Positions 15,170 to 23,900 of a stretch of DNA of 32,061 nucleotides are shown one piece after another. Origin of the DNA: an uncultured Bacteriovoracaceae bacterium. GTDB taxonomy: Bacteria; Bdellovibrionota; UBA1018. The first letter of the stretch is position 1. Every line of letters starts with the position of its first letter. Under the pieces are notes generated by a model. The model was not told the origin of the DNA, searched no databases, and was given only the letters and a program-made list of their open reading frames with translations. The position numbers were made by a program, and so were the translations under genes. The stretch is taken from positions 10,239 to 42,299 of the forward strand of contig CAYNDM010000001.1 in assembly GCA_964395265.1 (NCBI GenBank). The letters are read 5' to 3'.

Positions 15170-17959
15170 ATGACAAGCGGCAGGGGTAAGTACGTATTCA
15201 GCTTCGGAGGCGGCAAGGCCGAAGGCGCCGAAGGGATGCGCGAACTCTTGGGAGGCAAAGGGGCGAATCTGCACGGAATGACCCGGCTGGGGCTCCCGGT
15301 TCCTCCGGGTTTCACGATTTCGACCGAAGTCTGCACTTATTTCTATCTAAACAAGAAAACCTATCCGAAGACGCTCGAAGCGCAAGTCAAGCAGGCTCTT
15401 GCGCGCGTCGAGAAGCAGATGGGGCGGAAATTCGGAAATAAAAGAAACCCTCTCCTGGTCTCGGTGCGCTCAGGTGCTCGCGCCTCGATGCCTGGGATGA
15501 TGGACACGATCCTGAACCTCGGTCTGAACGACGCCACCGTTGAGGGATTGATCGAGGAGTCCAAGGACGAGCGTTTCGCCTATGACAGCTATCGGCGTTT
15601 CATCACGATGTACTCGGACGTGGTGCTCGGGATCCATTCTAACCAGTTCGAGGCTGCGCTCGAGGACTTGAAGGCCAACCGCGGGGTGGAGCTCGATACG
15701 GAACTGAAGGCCGAAGACCTCAAGGAGCTGGTGAGGCAATTCAAGCAGATCGTACGTTTCGAGGGCAAGCAGTTCCCCGAAGATCCCTGGGAGCAGCTCT
15801 GGGGGGCGGTAGGCGCTGTTTTCGGCTCGTGGATGAATCCGCGCGCCATCACTTATCGCAAGCTGAACGAAATTCCGGACGACTGGGGAACGGCCGTGAA
15901 CGTTCAGTCCATGGTATTCGGGAACATGGGAGACGATTGCGCGACCGGGGTCGCTTTCACGCGCGATCCTTCCACAGGAGCCAAGAGGTTCTTCGGGGAG
16001 TTCCTGGTCAATGCCCAGGGAGAAGACGTCGTGGCGGGGATCCGCACCCCTCAGCCGATCAATGAGGCTTCGAGACACGACAAGAACGACAAGGCTCTTT
16101 CGCTCGAACAACTGATGCCGAAGGCCTACAAGGAACTCGTCAAGGTTTACCAGAAGCTCGAAAAGCATTACCGCGACATGCAGGACATCGAGTTCACGAT
16201 CGAGCGGGGCCGGCTTTACATGCTCCAGACCCGCAACGGCAAGAGGACTGCCGCCGCGGCTCTCAAGATCGCCGTCGACATGGTTCGCGAGAAGCTCATC
16301 ACGAAGCCCGAGGCCGTGATGCGCATCAAGCCGGAGCAGCTCGATCAGCTCCTGCATCCGAGGCTCGACCCGGATGCGGTCAAGGACGTGATGTGCAAGG
16401 GGCTTCCCGCCTCGCCTGGAGCGGCTACGGGCCAGGTAGTCTTCGATCCGGATACCGCCGAGAAGTGGGTCAAGGAGCTGGGTCGCAAGGTCATCCTGGT
16501 GCGAGTGGAGACGTCGCCCGAGGACATTCACGGAATGTCGGTGGCTCAAGGGATCCTCACCGCGCGTGGCGGAATGACATCGCATGCGGCAGTGGTGGCC
16601 CGTGGCATGGGAAAATGCTGTGTCGCTGGATGCTCCGCGATTCGCGTGAGCTATCAGCTCAAGGAGTTCTCGGTAGGCTCGAAAGTGATCCGAGAAGGAG
16701 ACTATATCACCCTTGATGGCAGCTCTGGCGAAGTGATCCTGGGCCAGGTGCCAACGATCGCTCCCGGTATGAACAAGGATTTCCAGGAGCTCATGGGTTG
16801 GGTCGATGAGGTCCGCGAGCTTGGGATCCGAACCAACGCGGATACGCCAAACGACTCGCGCGTGGCGCGCGAGTTCGGCGCCGAAGGCATAGGGCTTTGT
16901 CGGACCGAGCACATGTTCTTCGATGCCGAGCGCATCGACTGCGTTCGCGAAATGATCCTTTCGGATACGCAAGAAGGCCGGGAGAGCGCGCTTGCGAAGA
17001 TCCTTCCCATGCAAAAGGGCGACTTCAAGGGGATCTTCAGGGAGATGAAGGGGTTGCCGGTGACCATCCGGCTTCTGGATCCCCCGCTCCACGAGTTCAT
17101 TCCGCACAAGGACGAAGAGCTCCATGAGCTCGCGGCGAAGATCGGAGTGCCTTACGAGCGTCTCAAGCGCAAAGCCGATACCTTGCATGAGTTCAACCCG
17201 ATGTTGGGCCATCGCGGATGCCGTCTGGGAGTCAGCTATCCGGAGATTTACCGCACCCAAGTTCGCGCGATCATGGAAGCAGCTTGCGAACTGGTTCGTG
17301 ACGAGGGCTTCAAGATCGTTCCGGAAATCATGATCCCTCTGGTGGGGGATTGGCGCGAACTGAAGTTCATTCGCGAATACTGCGAGGATGAGGCCCAGAC
17401 CGTGATCGCCCGTTACAACGAAGGCGCGAAAAAGAGGTTCTCCATCGAATACCTGATCGGCACCATGATCGAGCTTCCTCGAGCCGCGCTCACCTCTGCC
17501 GAGATCGCGAAGTACGCTGAGTTTTTCAGCTTCGGTACGAACGATCTGACGCAAACGACTTACGGGCTGTCGCGCGACGACGCAGGTATGTTCCTGAAGG
17601 ACTACATGGACGCCAAGATCTACGAGAAGGATCCGTTCGCGACGCTCGACCCTCACGGCGTCGGAAGGCTCATGACGTTCGCGATCGAAGAAGGTAGGGA
17701 GACCCGTCCCGAGATCAAGCTCGGTATTTGCGGCGAGCATGGCGGTGAGCCTGGTTCGGTCATCTTCTGCCATAACGCCGGCCTGGATTACGTGAGCTGC
17801 TCTCCGTATCGCGTGCCGATCGCAAGGCTCGCAGCGGCCCAAGCTGCCATTCAGTCGCCTCGCAAGCGGCAGGCGAAATCTCGGGCGGGAAGCAAGCCCG
17901 CGCGCAGAGCGGCTGGAAAGTCGAAGAAGGCGGGAGCGCGGGCAAAAAAACGCCGCTGA
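15170..17959 (+). CDS. ppdK: Pyruvate, phosphate dikinase with a 34-aa basic C-terminal tail
   Basis: Contains GGKGANL, phospho-His loop GGMTSHAAVVARGMGK, GLCRTEHMF, FFSFGTNDLTQ and GICGEHGG. The start is moved to ATG 15170 (codon 46 of track ORF 15035..17959), giving MTSGRGKYVFSFGGG as in homologues, 13 nt after the glyQS stop. Confidence 0.93.
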   Translation: MTSGRGKYVFSFGGGKAEGAEGMRELLGGKGANLHGMTRLGLPVPPGFTISTEVCTYFYLNKKTYPKTLEAQVKQALARVEKQMGRKFGNKRNPLLVSVRSGARASMPGMMDTILNLGLNDATVEGLIEESKDERFAYDSYRRFITMYSDVVLGIHSNQFEAALEDLKANRGVELDTELKAEDLKELVRQFKQIVRFEGKQFPEDPWEQLWGAVGAVFGSWMNPRAITYRKLNEIPDDWGTAVNVQSMVFGNMGDDCATGVAFTRDPSTGAKRFFGEFLVNAQGEDVVAGIRTPQPINEASRHDKNDKALSLEQLMPKAYKELVKVYQKLEKHYRDMQDIEFTIERGRLYMLQTRNGKRTAAAALKIAVDMVREKLITKPEAVMRIKPEQLDQLLHPRLDPDAVKDVMCKGLPASPGAATGQVVFDPDTAEKWVKELGRKVILVRVETSPEDIHGMSVAQGILTARGGMTSHAAVVARGMGKCCVAGCSAIRVSYQLKEFSVGSKVIREGDYITLDGSSGEVILGQVPTIAPGMNKDFQELMGWVDEVRELGIRTNADTPNDSRVAREFGAEGIGLCRTEHMFFDAERIDCVREMILSDTQEGRESALAKILPMQKGDFKGIFREMKGLPVTIRLLDPPLHEFIPHKDEELHELAAKIGVPYERLKRKADTLHEFNPMLGHRGCRLGVSYPEIYRTQVRAIMEAACELVRDEGFKIVPEIMIPLVGDWRELKFIREYCEDEAQTVIARYNEGAKKRFSIEYLIGTMIELPRAALTSAEIAKYAEFFSFGTNDLTQTTYGLSRDDAGMFLKDYMDAKIYEKDPFATLDPHGVGRLMTFAIEEGRETRPEIKLGICGEHGGEPGSVIFCHNAGLDYVSCSPYRVPIARLAAAQAAIQSPRKRQAKSRAGSKPARRAAGKSKKAGARAKKRR

Positions 17960-17960
17960 T

Positions 17961-18095
17961 CGCGGCGATCAGGCCTCAAGGAGCTGGAACCGGGTCGAAC
18001 GACCCTTGAGTTCAGCTGAGCGACAACTGTATGCGGCTTAAACAGCCTGGATCGATGGCAAGCAATGTCGTTGATCCAGGGGCGAGATCGCCGCG
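17961..18095. repeat. 135-nt element bounded by perfect 10-nt inverted repeats, with two internal hairpins
   Basis: cgcggcgatc (17961-17970) pairs with gatcgccgcg (18086-18095). Inside, ctcaagg (17975-17981) pairs with ccttgag (18004-18010) around gggtc-gaac-gaccc. cctggatcga (18046-18055) pairs with ttgatccagg (18071-18080) for 10 bp including one G.U. The element starts 2 nt after the ppdK stop. Confidence 0.45.
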
Positions 18096-18167
18096 GCATG
18101 TGGATTGCTCTTTAGGCGCTCATTCTGCCCGATCAGGAGTCGGGGTGAACCTGCGAGGAGTAGTCCT

Positions 18168-19085
18168 ATGAATAAAAAGCTCAATGTCTTGCTCGGTACC
18201 CTGACGGTCGCGGCGATGGCCTCGCAGGCCTGGGCTACTACTAGTGGAAGGCTTCCTCCGGTTCCTGATTATGTCCCTATCAATCAACTCCTCGACGGGG
18301 CGTTTTTTCGACTGACTCGTGACCTGATTCCGGGCCAGGACGGAGTCAAGCGCGCCAGAAGGACTGGCGATGTGGATATTGAGCTGAAAAACGAGAGCGG
18401 GGTCGTGGTGGGGACTTGTAACCTCCTCAAGGAGGCAGTGCCTGAACAAGGGCTTCCCTCCAAGTCGACTCTCAAAATCATTCCGCGGGATGTGAGCAAG
18501 AGACGCGGCAACCGTTTCGAGGTTGAGCCTCCGATCGTCTGTACTCCCAATCATGTTCGAGGTCCCTTCACCGTAGGCGAGATCCGCAAGTTTTCGGGCG
18601 GGCTTCTGGATGTCGAGACGCCTAATCCGCAAGTTCACCGCGATCGGGGCCGACTCGCCGAAAAGGGATATAGCAAGGAAGAGTTGGTGGATCTCGCGCT
18701 TCAAGGCCAGCTTGGATCGTGTTTTATCGCTTGCGGCTTTAAGTCAGACGACGATGAGCGCCCCTCTGAATACAGATGTATTCTGATGATTCAGGATCGA
18801 GAGATTGCCGCTCAGACTCAAAAGGTGAAGCTGAGTATAATCGAGAAGCTGAGCCGGAACTTCACTAATGCGGCAGCCAAGGCCGAGAAAAAGTGCGTGG
18901 CCGCCATCAGCAAGGACGTCGAGTCGACCGTGCAAAGTGGCGCATGTGATCTGGACCCAGGCAGACAGATCAACTCGGTTAGTTCGGCGCCCGCGGGGTC
19001 CGATCAGTTAAGTAAAGGCCTCTCGGAGACCCCGGTGCAATCCTCCCTGGAGGGTGAACCGGCAAAGGAGCACTCGGCTCGCTGA
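18168..19085 (+). CDS. Hypothetical secreted protein (305 aa), no recognisable family
   Basis: The start is moved to ATG 18168 (codon 22 of track ORF 18105..19085; GGAG at 18157-18160, 7 nt upstream). The signal peptide is MNKKLNVLLGTLTVAAMASQAWA/TT. It has seven Cys and an S/P/E-rich C-terminal tail. GATC density is lower than in neighbouring core genes. Confidence 0.65.
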   Translation: MNKKLNVLLGTLTVAAMASQAWATTSGRLPPVPDYVPINQLLDGAFFRLTRDLIPGQDGVKRARRTGDVDIELKNESGVVVGTCNLLKEAVPEQGLPSKSTLKIIPRDVSKRRGNRFEVEPPIVCTPNHVRGPFTVGEIRKFSGGLLDVETPNPQVHRDRGRLAEKGYSKEELVDLALQGQLGSCFIACGFKSDDDERPSEYRCILMIQDREIAAQTQKVKLSIIEKLSRNFTNAAAKAEKKCVAAISKDVESTVQSGACDLDPGRQINSVSSAPAGSDQLSKGLSETPVQSSLEGEPAKEHSAR

Positions 19086-19170
19086 GCGCTGTAAAATCCA
19101 GACAAAAACCAGGATGTGTCTTACCGGACACAGTCTGATCTTGATAAGAATTTCGCGCTTTTGGTCAAAG

Positions 19171-19198
19171 TTGACGCATTGCGCTAGACCCTTATCCT
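19171..19198 (+). promoter_or_regulatory. Candidate sigma70-type promoter (TTGACG - 16 nt - TATCCT) in the long intergenic region
   Basis: -35 is at 19171-19176 and -10 at 19193-19198, in a locally AT-richer stretch upstream of a mini-ORF and the receiver gene. Pattern match only. Confidence 0.3.
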
Positions 19199-19484
19199 TC
19201 GTTATGCTGGAATCCATACGGAGGAACGTCAGATGCTTAAAAGTCACTGCATCCATGAAAAACTCGAAGCTCGCGAAACCGGTCCTCCACGCGCGAGATA
19301 GCGTGGGCTAGGCCGCAAGACGTCTGCGGTGCTCACGGACTGTCGGGATCGCTCCTTGGCCGGGAGAGACTGCGGCAGCGATCATCTCAAAAATTTATGT
19401 CTGCTTGAACGCTCGCTAGAGGGGTCCGGTGGGAACCGGTCCAAGAAGGGAGCTTAGAAAACTCCCTGCCCGAGGAGAGCGTTA

Positions 19485-19982
19485 ATGATTCAGGTCCGCT
19501 CCAGGGTGGGCGGCCGAAAAACTAGGAAACGGGCCCTGGCCGGGATGCGCGCCTGGCTGGGCCCAACTCCTAAAAGCAACTTCCGAATTGCGGTACGTAT
19601 GATGCTCGAACAAAAAAAGATATTGATTGTCGAAGATGAACCCGAATTACGAGAGCTCCTAGGTGAGGTATTTCGCCTTTATCGCTGTCAGGTGGAGTTC
19701 GCGGAAACGCTGGCCGAGAGCGAGGCTGCGATCGGTCACCAGGATTTCGACTTGGTGATCGCGGACCACCGTCTCAAAGACGAAGCCGCCGGGCTGAAGC
19801 TTTTCGAAATGATCCAGGTTCTCAGTCCCGCCACCCGATTTGTCCTGATGTCGGGCTATCCCGACGACGTGCTCGACGGGTTGGCCGAAAGCGGGATGAT
19901 CTGGCCAACGCTTTTGACCAAGCCTTTCTCGCTCGAGCAGTTCCGAAGGACCGTTGAAAGCATGATGGCCCAGGCGGCTTAA
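19485..19982 (+). CDS. Stand-alone response-regulator receiver (CheY-like), possibly with a 38-aa basic N-terminal extension
   Basis: The receiver signature is ILIVEDEP, LVIADHRL (phospho-Asp), LMSGY and LTKPF, with no output domain. ATG 19485 has GAGGAG at 19472-19477, 7 nt upstream. The alternative ATG 19599 (MMLEQKKILIVEDEP) has no SD, so the start is ambiguous. No histidine kinase is adjacent. Confidence 0.8.
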   Translation: MIQVRSRVGGRKTRKRALAGMRAWLGPTPKSNFRIAVRMMLEQKKILIVEDEPELRELLGEVFRLYRCQVEFAETLAESEAAIGHQDFDLVIADHRLKDEAAGLKLFEMIQVLSPATRFVLMSGYPDDVLDGLAESGMIWPTLLTKPFSLEQFRRTVESMMAQAA

Positions 19983-20181
19983 CCCCGTTCAAAGTCGCGC
20001 AAGTCTATTAATTTTCTTGGTAAAAATTCTTTTCCACCCCCCCTTGGGGGCGCTTGCCTTTTTCACTTCCCTTGTTAAAGTACACCGATCAATACACGCC
20101 GGTATATAAGGGCGCGTTACAGGATCCCGGGATAGGATTCCCAGAGGCTGCGCCTGTAGGAGACGAGGGGGAAGTTTCAGA

Positions 20182-23100
20182 ATGCGCGTTAAGAGACTTG
20201 AGATCCAGGGATTCAAATCCTTCAAGGACAAGACAGTCATTCATTTCGATCACTCGATCACGGGGATCGTCGGCCCGAACGGATGCGGCAAGTCCAATAT
20301 CGTGGATGCGTTCTTTTGGGTCATGGGTGAGCAGTCTTACAAGCATATGCGCGGCTCCTCCTCGGGCGATCTGATCTTCAACGGCAGCAGCCGCTACTCC
20401 CCTCTGGGAATGGCCGAGGCGACCCTGGTCCTGGAGACCGACGTCGTGGATACGGAAAACGCGCCGGCGGGTGCCAGTGCCAGGGATCTTCCTGTTCATC
20501 TTCGCACCAAAGAGATTTCGGTCACCCGTCGCCTTTATCGCGGAGGCGAAGGCGAATACTTCATCAACGGAGTGCCCGCTCGACTGAAGGACATCCATGA
20601 GCTCTTCATGGACACCGGTGTGGGAGCCAAAGGCTATTCGGTGATCGAGCAGGGCCAGATTGGCAAGATCGTCAACGCAAAGCCCGAGGATCGAAGGCTT
20701 CTCATCGAGGAAGCGGCAGGGATCGCGAAGTACAAAGCCCGCAAGAAAGAATCCCTGCGGAAGATCGAGGCCACGCAGGCCAATCTCTCGCGCCTGAATG
20801 ACGTCATCCAGGAGATCGAGCGCAATCTCGCTTCTCTCGAGCGCCAGGCCCAGAAAGCCCGTCAGTACAAGAAGTACAAGGATGAGCTTCTCGACAAGGA
20901 AATGACCTGGGGTCGACGCAAGAGCCAGGTGCTTCGCCAGCGGCTCGATATCGTGAAGAAGGAACGGGATGCATTGGAACAGGAGCTCGCCGGACTGAAG
21001 GCCGAGCTCCAGGTGGCGGAGAACTCGATCGAGACCGATCGCGTTGAGCAGCTCACCAATACCAAGGCGGCCGAGGAGCTTCAGAGCCGCATCCAAGAAT
21101 TGTCTTCGGAACTCACTCGGGAGCAGAGCGCTCTCGAGCTGTCTCGTAAGCGTCAAGGCGACCTGGCGTCCCAGCTTCAGGCCCTTCAGAACGAGAAAGA
21201 AGAGCTTCAGCGGATCATCGAGGCCGAGCAGGCAGCCTTGGCCGAGAAGGAAGACGAGGCTCGCCAGGCCGAAGAAACGTTCCGGGACTCGGCGGAGCGT
21301 GTCCGGACGATGGACGGAATCGCTCGAGCCGAGCGCAGCAGCGCCGAGGAGGCCCGCCGCGAGCTGGACCAGGCGAAGCGAAACCTGATGAACAGCATCG
21401 CTCAAGCCTCTGATTTCAACTCCCGCTCGGCATCGCTCCTGACTCGCATCGAGTCGGCTCGTGTTCAGGCGGTCAGGTTGAGGCAACAGGCCGAGGCTCA
21501 ACGGGACAAAGTGGCTTCAGCTCGCGAGGAGGCGGATCGCATCCAAGAGAGCGCTCGACAGGTCTCCGCGCAGCGCGAAGCGCTTCAGGCCGAGAAGCAC
21601 CAGCAGGTTTCGCTCGTTCAGGAGCGGGAACAGGATCTCAGGCAGGCGGATCGAGCCCGGGATGAAGCGGCCAAGAAGCTCACTCAGATCCGTTCGAAGC
21701 TGCAAAGCCTTGAGGAGCTGGCTGCCGCGTACGAAGGGTTCGGCAACGGGCCCAAGGCCGCGCTGGACTGGGCCCGCGAAAGCGGGAATGCAGGAAAGTT
21801 CGGCGCGATTTCGGATCTCTACCGGGTGACCGCGGGGTTCGAAGCCGCGCTCGAGGGTTGGCTCGAGGGCAAGCTGGAAAACCTTTTCTCCACCGACTCC
21901 ACCGTGGCTTCTCAGGCTCTTGAGAGGATCCAGACGGAAAAGCAAGGCCGCGCAGCGATCCATCTGCCCGCGGACGGACGCGAGCTTCAGGCGGAGCAGG
22001 ATCAAGAGGCCGTCGCGGCCGAACTGGCGTCGAGCGGTTTCGAGGTGATCGGTCCACTGAAGAATTTCATCGAGATCGAATCGGAGGACGAGGCTTCCGC
22101 GCGGAACATCCTCGCTCCCTTGGTTTCGCGCGTGCTGGTCGTGGAGAGCTTCGCGAACGTGTCGGCTTTCATTCAAAGCGGTGGGATATTGAAGCTCAAC
22201 GGCTGGGCAGTGGTGAGTCGCGACGGGCAGGCGCTCGATTCCGACGGCGTTCTGCGTGGTGGCTCGACCGGGTCCGGCGACGCTGCGAGCGTTTTGGGTC
22301 GCAAGCGCGTAATCGCGGATTTGCGCGACCAAGTGGCCGCTGCCGAGTCGGAGCATGACCGACTTGAGCAGGAAGCGAACGAAGCTCGCCAGGCGCTGGA
22401 GCTCGCCCGCGGGCGCTTGCAATCGATCCAGTCCGAGCTGCAGGAGCTTGAGATCCAGCACGCGGCGCTCGCTCGCGATGTCCACTCGGCGACTCGCTCT
22501 CTCAAGGACGCCGAAAGCCAGCTTGAGCTGCTCGAGCTCGAGGCAACCGAGATGGAGCAGCAAAGCGCTTCGGCCCAAGCGGAGCGGGAAGAGATCGAAG
22601 CCAAGGTTAACGAGATCGTCTCAAAACGATCCGAGATGGAAACCGGCATCACCGAAGGCGAGGCTCTGGTCGCCGCCCGCGAAGCCGAGGTTCGATCGAA
22701 AGAAGAGGAGCTCAATGCGCTCCGGGTGGAAGAGGCTTCTTTGCGCGAACGCTCTTCGAGCCTGAATCGCGAGCTTCAGTCCATTCGCTCGATGCTGGCC
22801 GACCGCCAGCGCAGGCTTGCCGAGATCGAGCGCGTCCTCGATCGCGCGACCCGCGAGCGGGATCAGCACACCGGTGGGGACCAGGGGCTGGAAGAACGGA
22901 TCGAGGAGCTCACTCGTACGCTGGACGAGGCGCGCGCGCGCCTTTCGGAGATCAAGGACCAGCTCGAGCAGGCTAACGCCAAGCTCAATGCCTCGTTGTC
23001 GAGGATCAAAGAGCTTCATGCGACGGGCGACGCCAAGACGTCCCAGACGAACCAGATGGCCCTCGAGATCGAGAAGCTCTCGGGCGAGCTCGCGCATCTG

Positions 23101-23868
23101 GTCCAGAACCTCGAGGAGAAATACGGCCCCGGCTGCCTGGAGCGCCCGGTGACGTCGCCGATCCAGGAAGAGATGTCCGAACCGGTCGTCACCCATGAGA
23201 TGTCGGCTGAAGAGGAAAAACTCCTGGGCGAGGAAGTCGAGCGCCTTCGCGAGCGGATTCGAAGACTGGGCGAAGTGAACGTGATGGCGATCGAGGAATT
23301 CGAGGAAGCCAAGAAGCGCCACGATTACCTGCTGAACGAGCGCGGCGATCTCGAAAAGTCGATCGAGAACTTGCAGGAGGCCATCGAGCACATCAATAAG
23401 ACCTCCGAGGAACGCTTCCGCCGCGCCTTCGAGGCCGTCCGTGATCGGTTTGAAAGGCTCTTTCCGATTATTTTCGGAGGCGGCCAGGCCAAGCTATCGT
23501 TGATCTATCCTGAAGGCTCGACCGACATTCTCGAAGCGGGCGTCGATATCCTGGCCCAGCCTCCCGGCAAGAAGGTTCAGAACATCCAGCTCCTCTCGGG
23601 CGGAGAAAAGGCGCTGACCGCGGTATCGCTGATCTTCGCGATCTTCATGGTCAAGCCTTCGCCTTTCTGCGTCCTGGACGAAGTCGATGCGCCCCTGGAT
23701 GACGCCAATATCGGCAAGTTCAACGCGCTTCTCAGGGAAATGTCCGCGAAGAGCCAGTTCATCGTGATCACCCATAACAAGAAGACGATGGAGCTCAATG
23801 ACACGCTTTATGGCGTGACGATGGAAGAGCCTGGAGTCTCTAAAATGGTCTCGATCGAGATCCAATAG
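20182..23868 (+). CDS. smc: Chromosome partition protein SMC
   Basis: Begins MRVKRLEIQGFKSFKDKT. It has Walker A GPNGCGKSN, long heptad-rich E/Q/R/L/A coiled-coil arms around a central hinge, signature LSGGEKALTAVSL, and Walker B FCVLDEVDAPLDD. 1228 aa. Confidence 0.95.
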   Translation: MRVKRLEIQGFKSFKDKTVIHFDHSITGIVGPNGCGKSNIVDAFFWVMGEQSYKHMRGSSSGDLIFNGSSRYSPLGMAEATLVLETDVVDTENAPAGASARDLPVHLRTKEISVTRRLYRGGEGEYFINGVPARLKDIHELFMDTGVGAKGYSVIEQGQIGKIVNAKPEDRRLLIEEAAGIAKYKARKKESLRKIEATQANLSRLNDVIQEIERNLASLERQAQKARQYKKYKDELLDKEMTWGRRKSQVLRQRLDIVKKERDALEQELAGLKAELQVAENSIETDRVEQLTNTKAAEELQSRIQELSSELTREQSALELSRKRQGDLASQLQALQNEKEELQRIIEAEQAALAEKEDEARQAEETFRDSAERVRTMDGIARAERSSAEEARRELDQAKRNLMNSIAQASDFNSRSASLLTRIESARVQAVRLRQQAEAQRDKVASAREEADRIQESARQVSAQREALQAEKHQQVSLVQEREQDLRQADRARDEAAKKLTQIRSKLQSLEELAAAYEGFGNGPKAALDWARESGNAGKFGAISDLYRVTAGFEAALEGWLEGKLENLFSTDSTVASQALERIQTEKQGRAAIHLPADGRELQAEQDQEAVAAELASSGFEVIGPLKNFIEIESEDEASARNILAPLVSRVLVVESFANVSAFIQSGGILKLNGWAVVSRDGQALDSDGVLRGGSTGSGDAASVLGRKRVIADLRDQVAAAESEHDRLEQEANEARQALELARGRLQSIQSELQELEIQHAALARDVHSATRSLKDAESQLELLELEATEMEQQSASAQAEREEIEAKVNEIVSKRSEMETGITEGEALVAAREAEVRSKEEELNALRVEEASLRERSSSLNRELQSIRSMLADRQRRLAEIERVLDRATRERDQHTGGDQGLEERIEELTRTLDEARARLSEIKDQLEQANAKLNASLSRIKELHATGDAKTSQTNQMALEIEKLSGELAHLVQNLEEKYGPGCLERPVTSPIQEEMSEPVVTHEMSAEEEKLLGEEVERLRERIRRLGEVNVMAIEEFEEAKKRHDYLLNERGDLEKSIENLQEAIEHINKTSEERFRRAFEAVRDRFERLFPIIFGGGQAKLSLIYPEGSTDILEAGVDILAQPPGKKVQNIQLLSGGEKALTAVSLIFAIFMVKPSPFCVLDEVDAPLDDANIGKFNALLREMSAKSQFIVITHNKKTMELNDTLYGVTMEEPGVSKMVSIEIQ

Positions 23869-23900
23869 CTGTTTTCAGCGGAATCTGGCACCCTGGCCAC

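Noticed and set aside
15470-17842. 790-aa antisense ORF opposite ppdK. Similar long antisense ORFs: 8344..9798 opposite msbA; 20089..21501, 21517..22578 and 22621..23391 opposite smc; 25554..27326 opposite rimO/queG; 13834..14844 opposite glyQS; 5912..6649 opposite recO; 30934..31995 opposite tkt.
   Set aside because: For the three I checked (ppdK, msbA, smc), the antisense codons are exactly in register with the sense codons. Antisense stops would then need TTA, CTA or TCA sense codons, which this GC-biased codon usage avoids. The translations are Arg/Leu/Asp/His-rich and lack any motifs, while the sense strands encode unmistakable conserved proteins. They are shadow ORFs, not overlapping genes.
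19205-19311. Alternative small ORF MLESIRRNVRCLKVTASMKNSKLAKPVLHARDSVG (tail of track ORF 19054..19311). Also the minus-strand ORF 19008..19256.
   Set aside because: Neither has an SD. The first overlaps the end of the upstream gene's frame only through read-through of the track ORF. The second overlaps the 3' end of the secreted-protein gene antisense. The composition is non-coding-like.
20037-20065. C7-TT-G5 hairpin followed by a distant T-run as a terminator for the receiver gene. Also the 10-nt palindrome atcccgggat at 20124-20133 upstream of smc.
   Set aside because: The stem is only 4-5 bp with the T-run displaced, and the palindrome is short and unsupported. Both are too weak to call as features.
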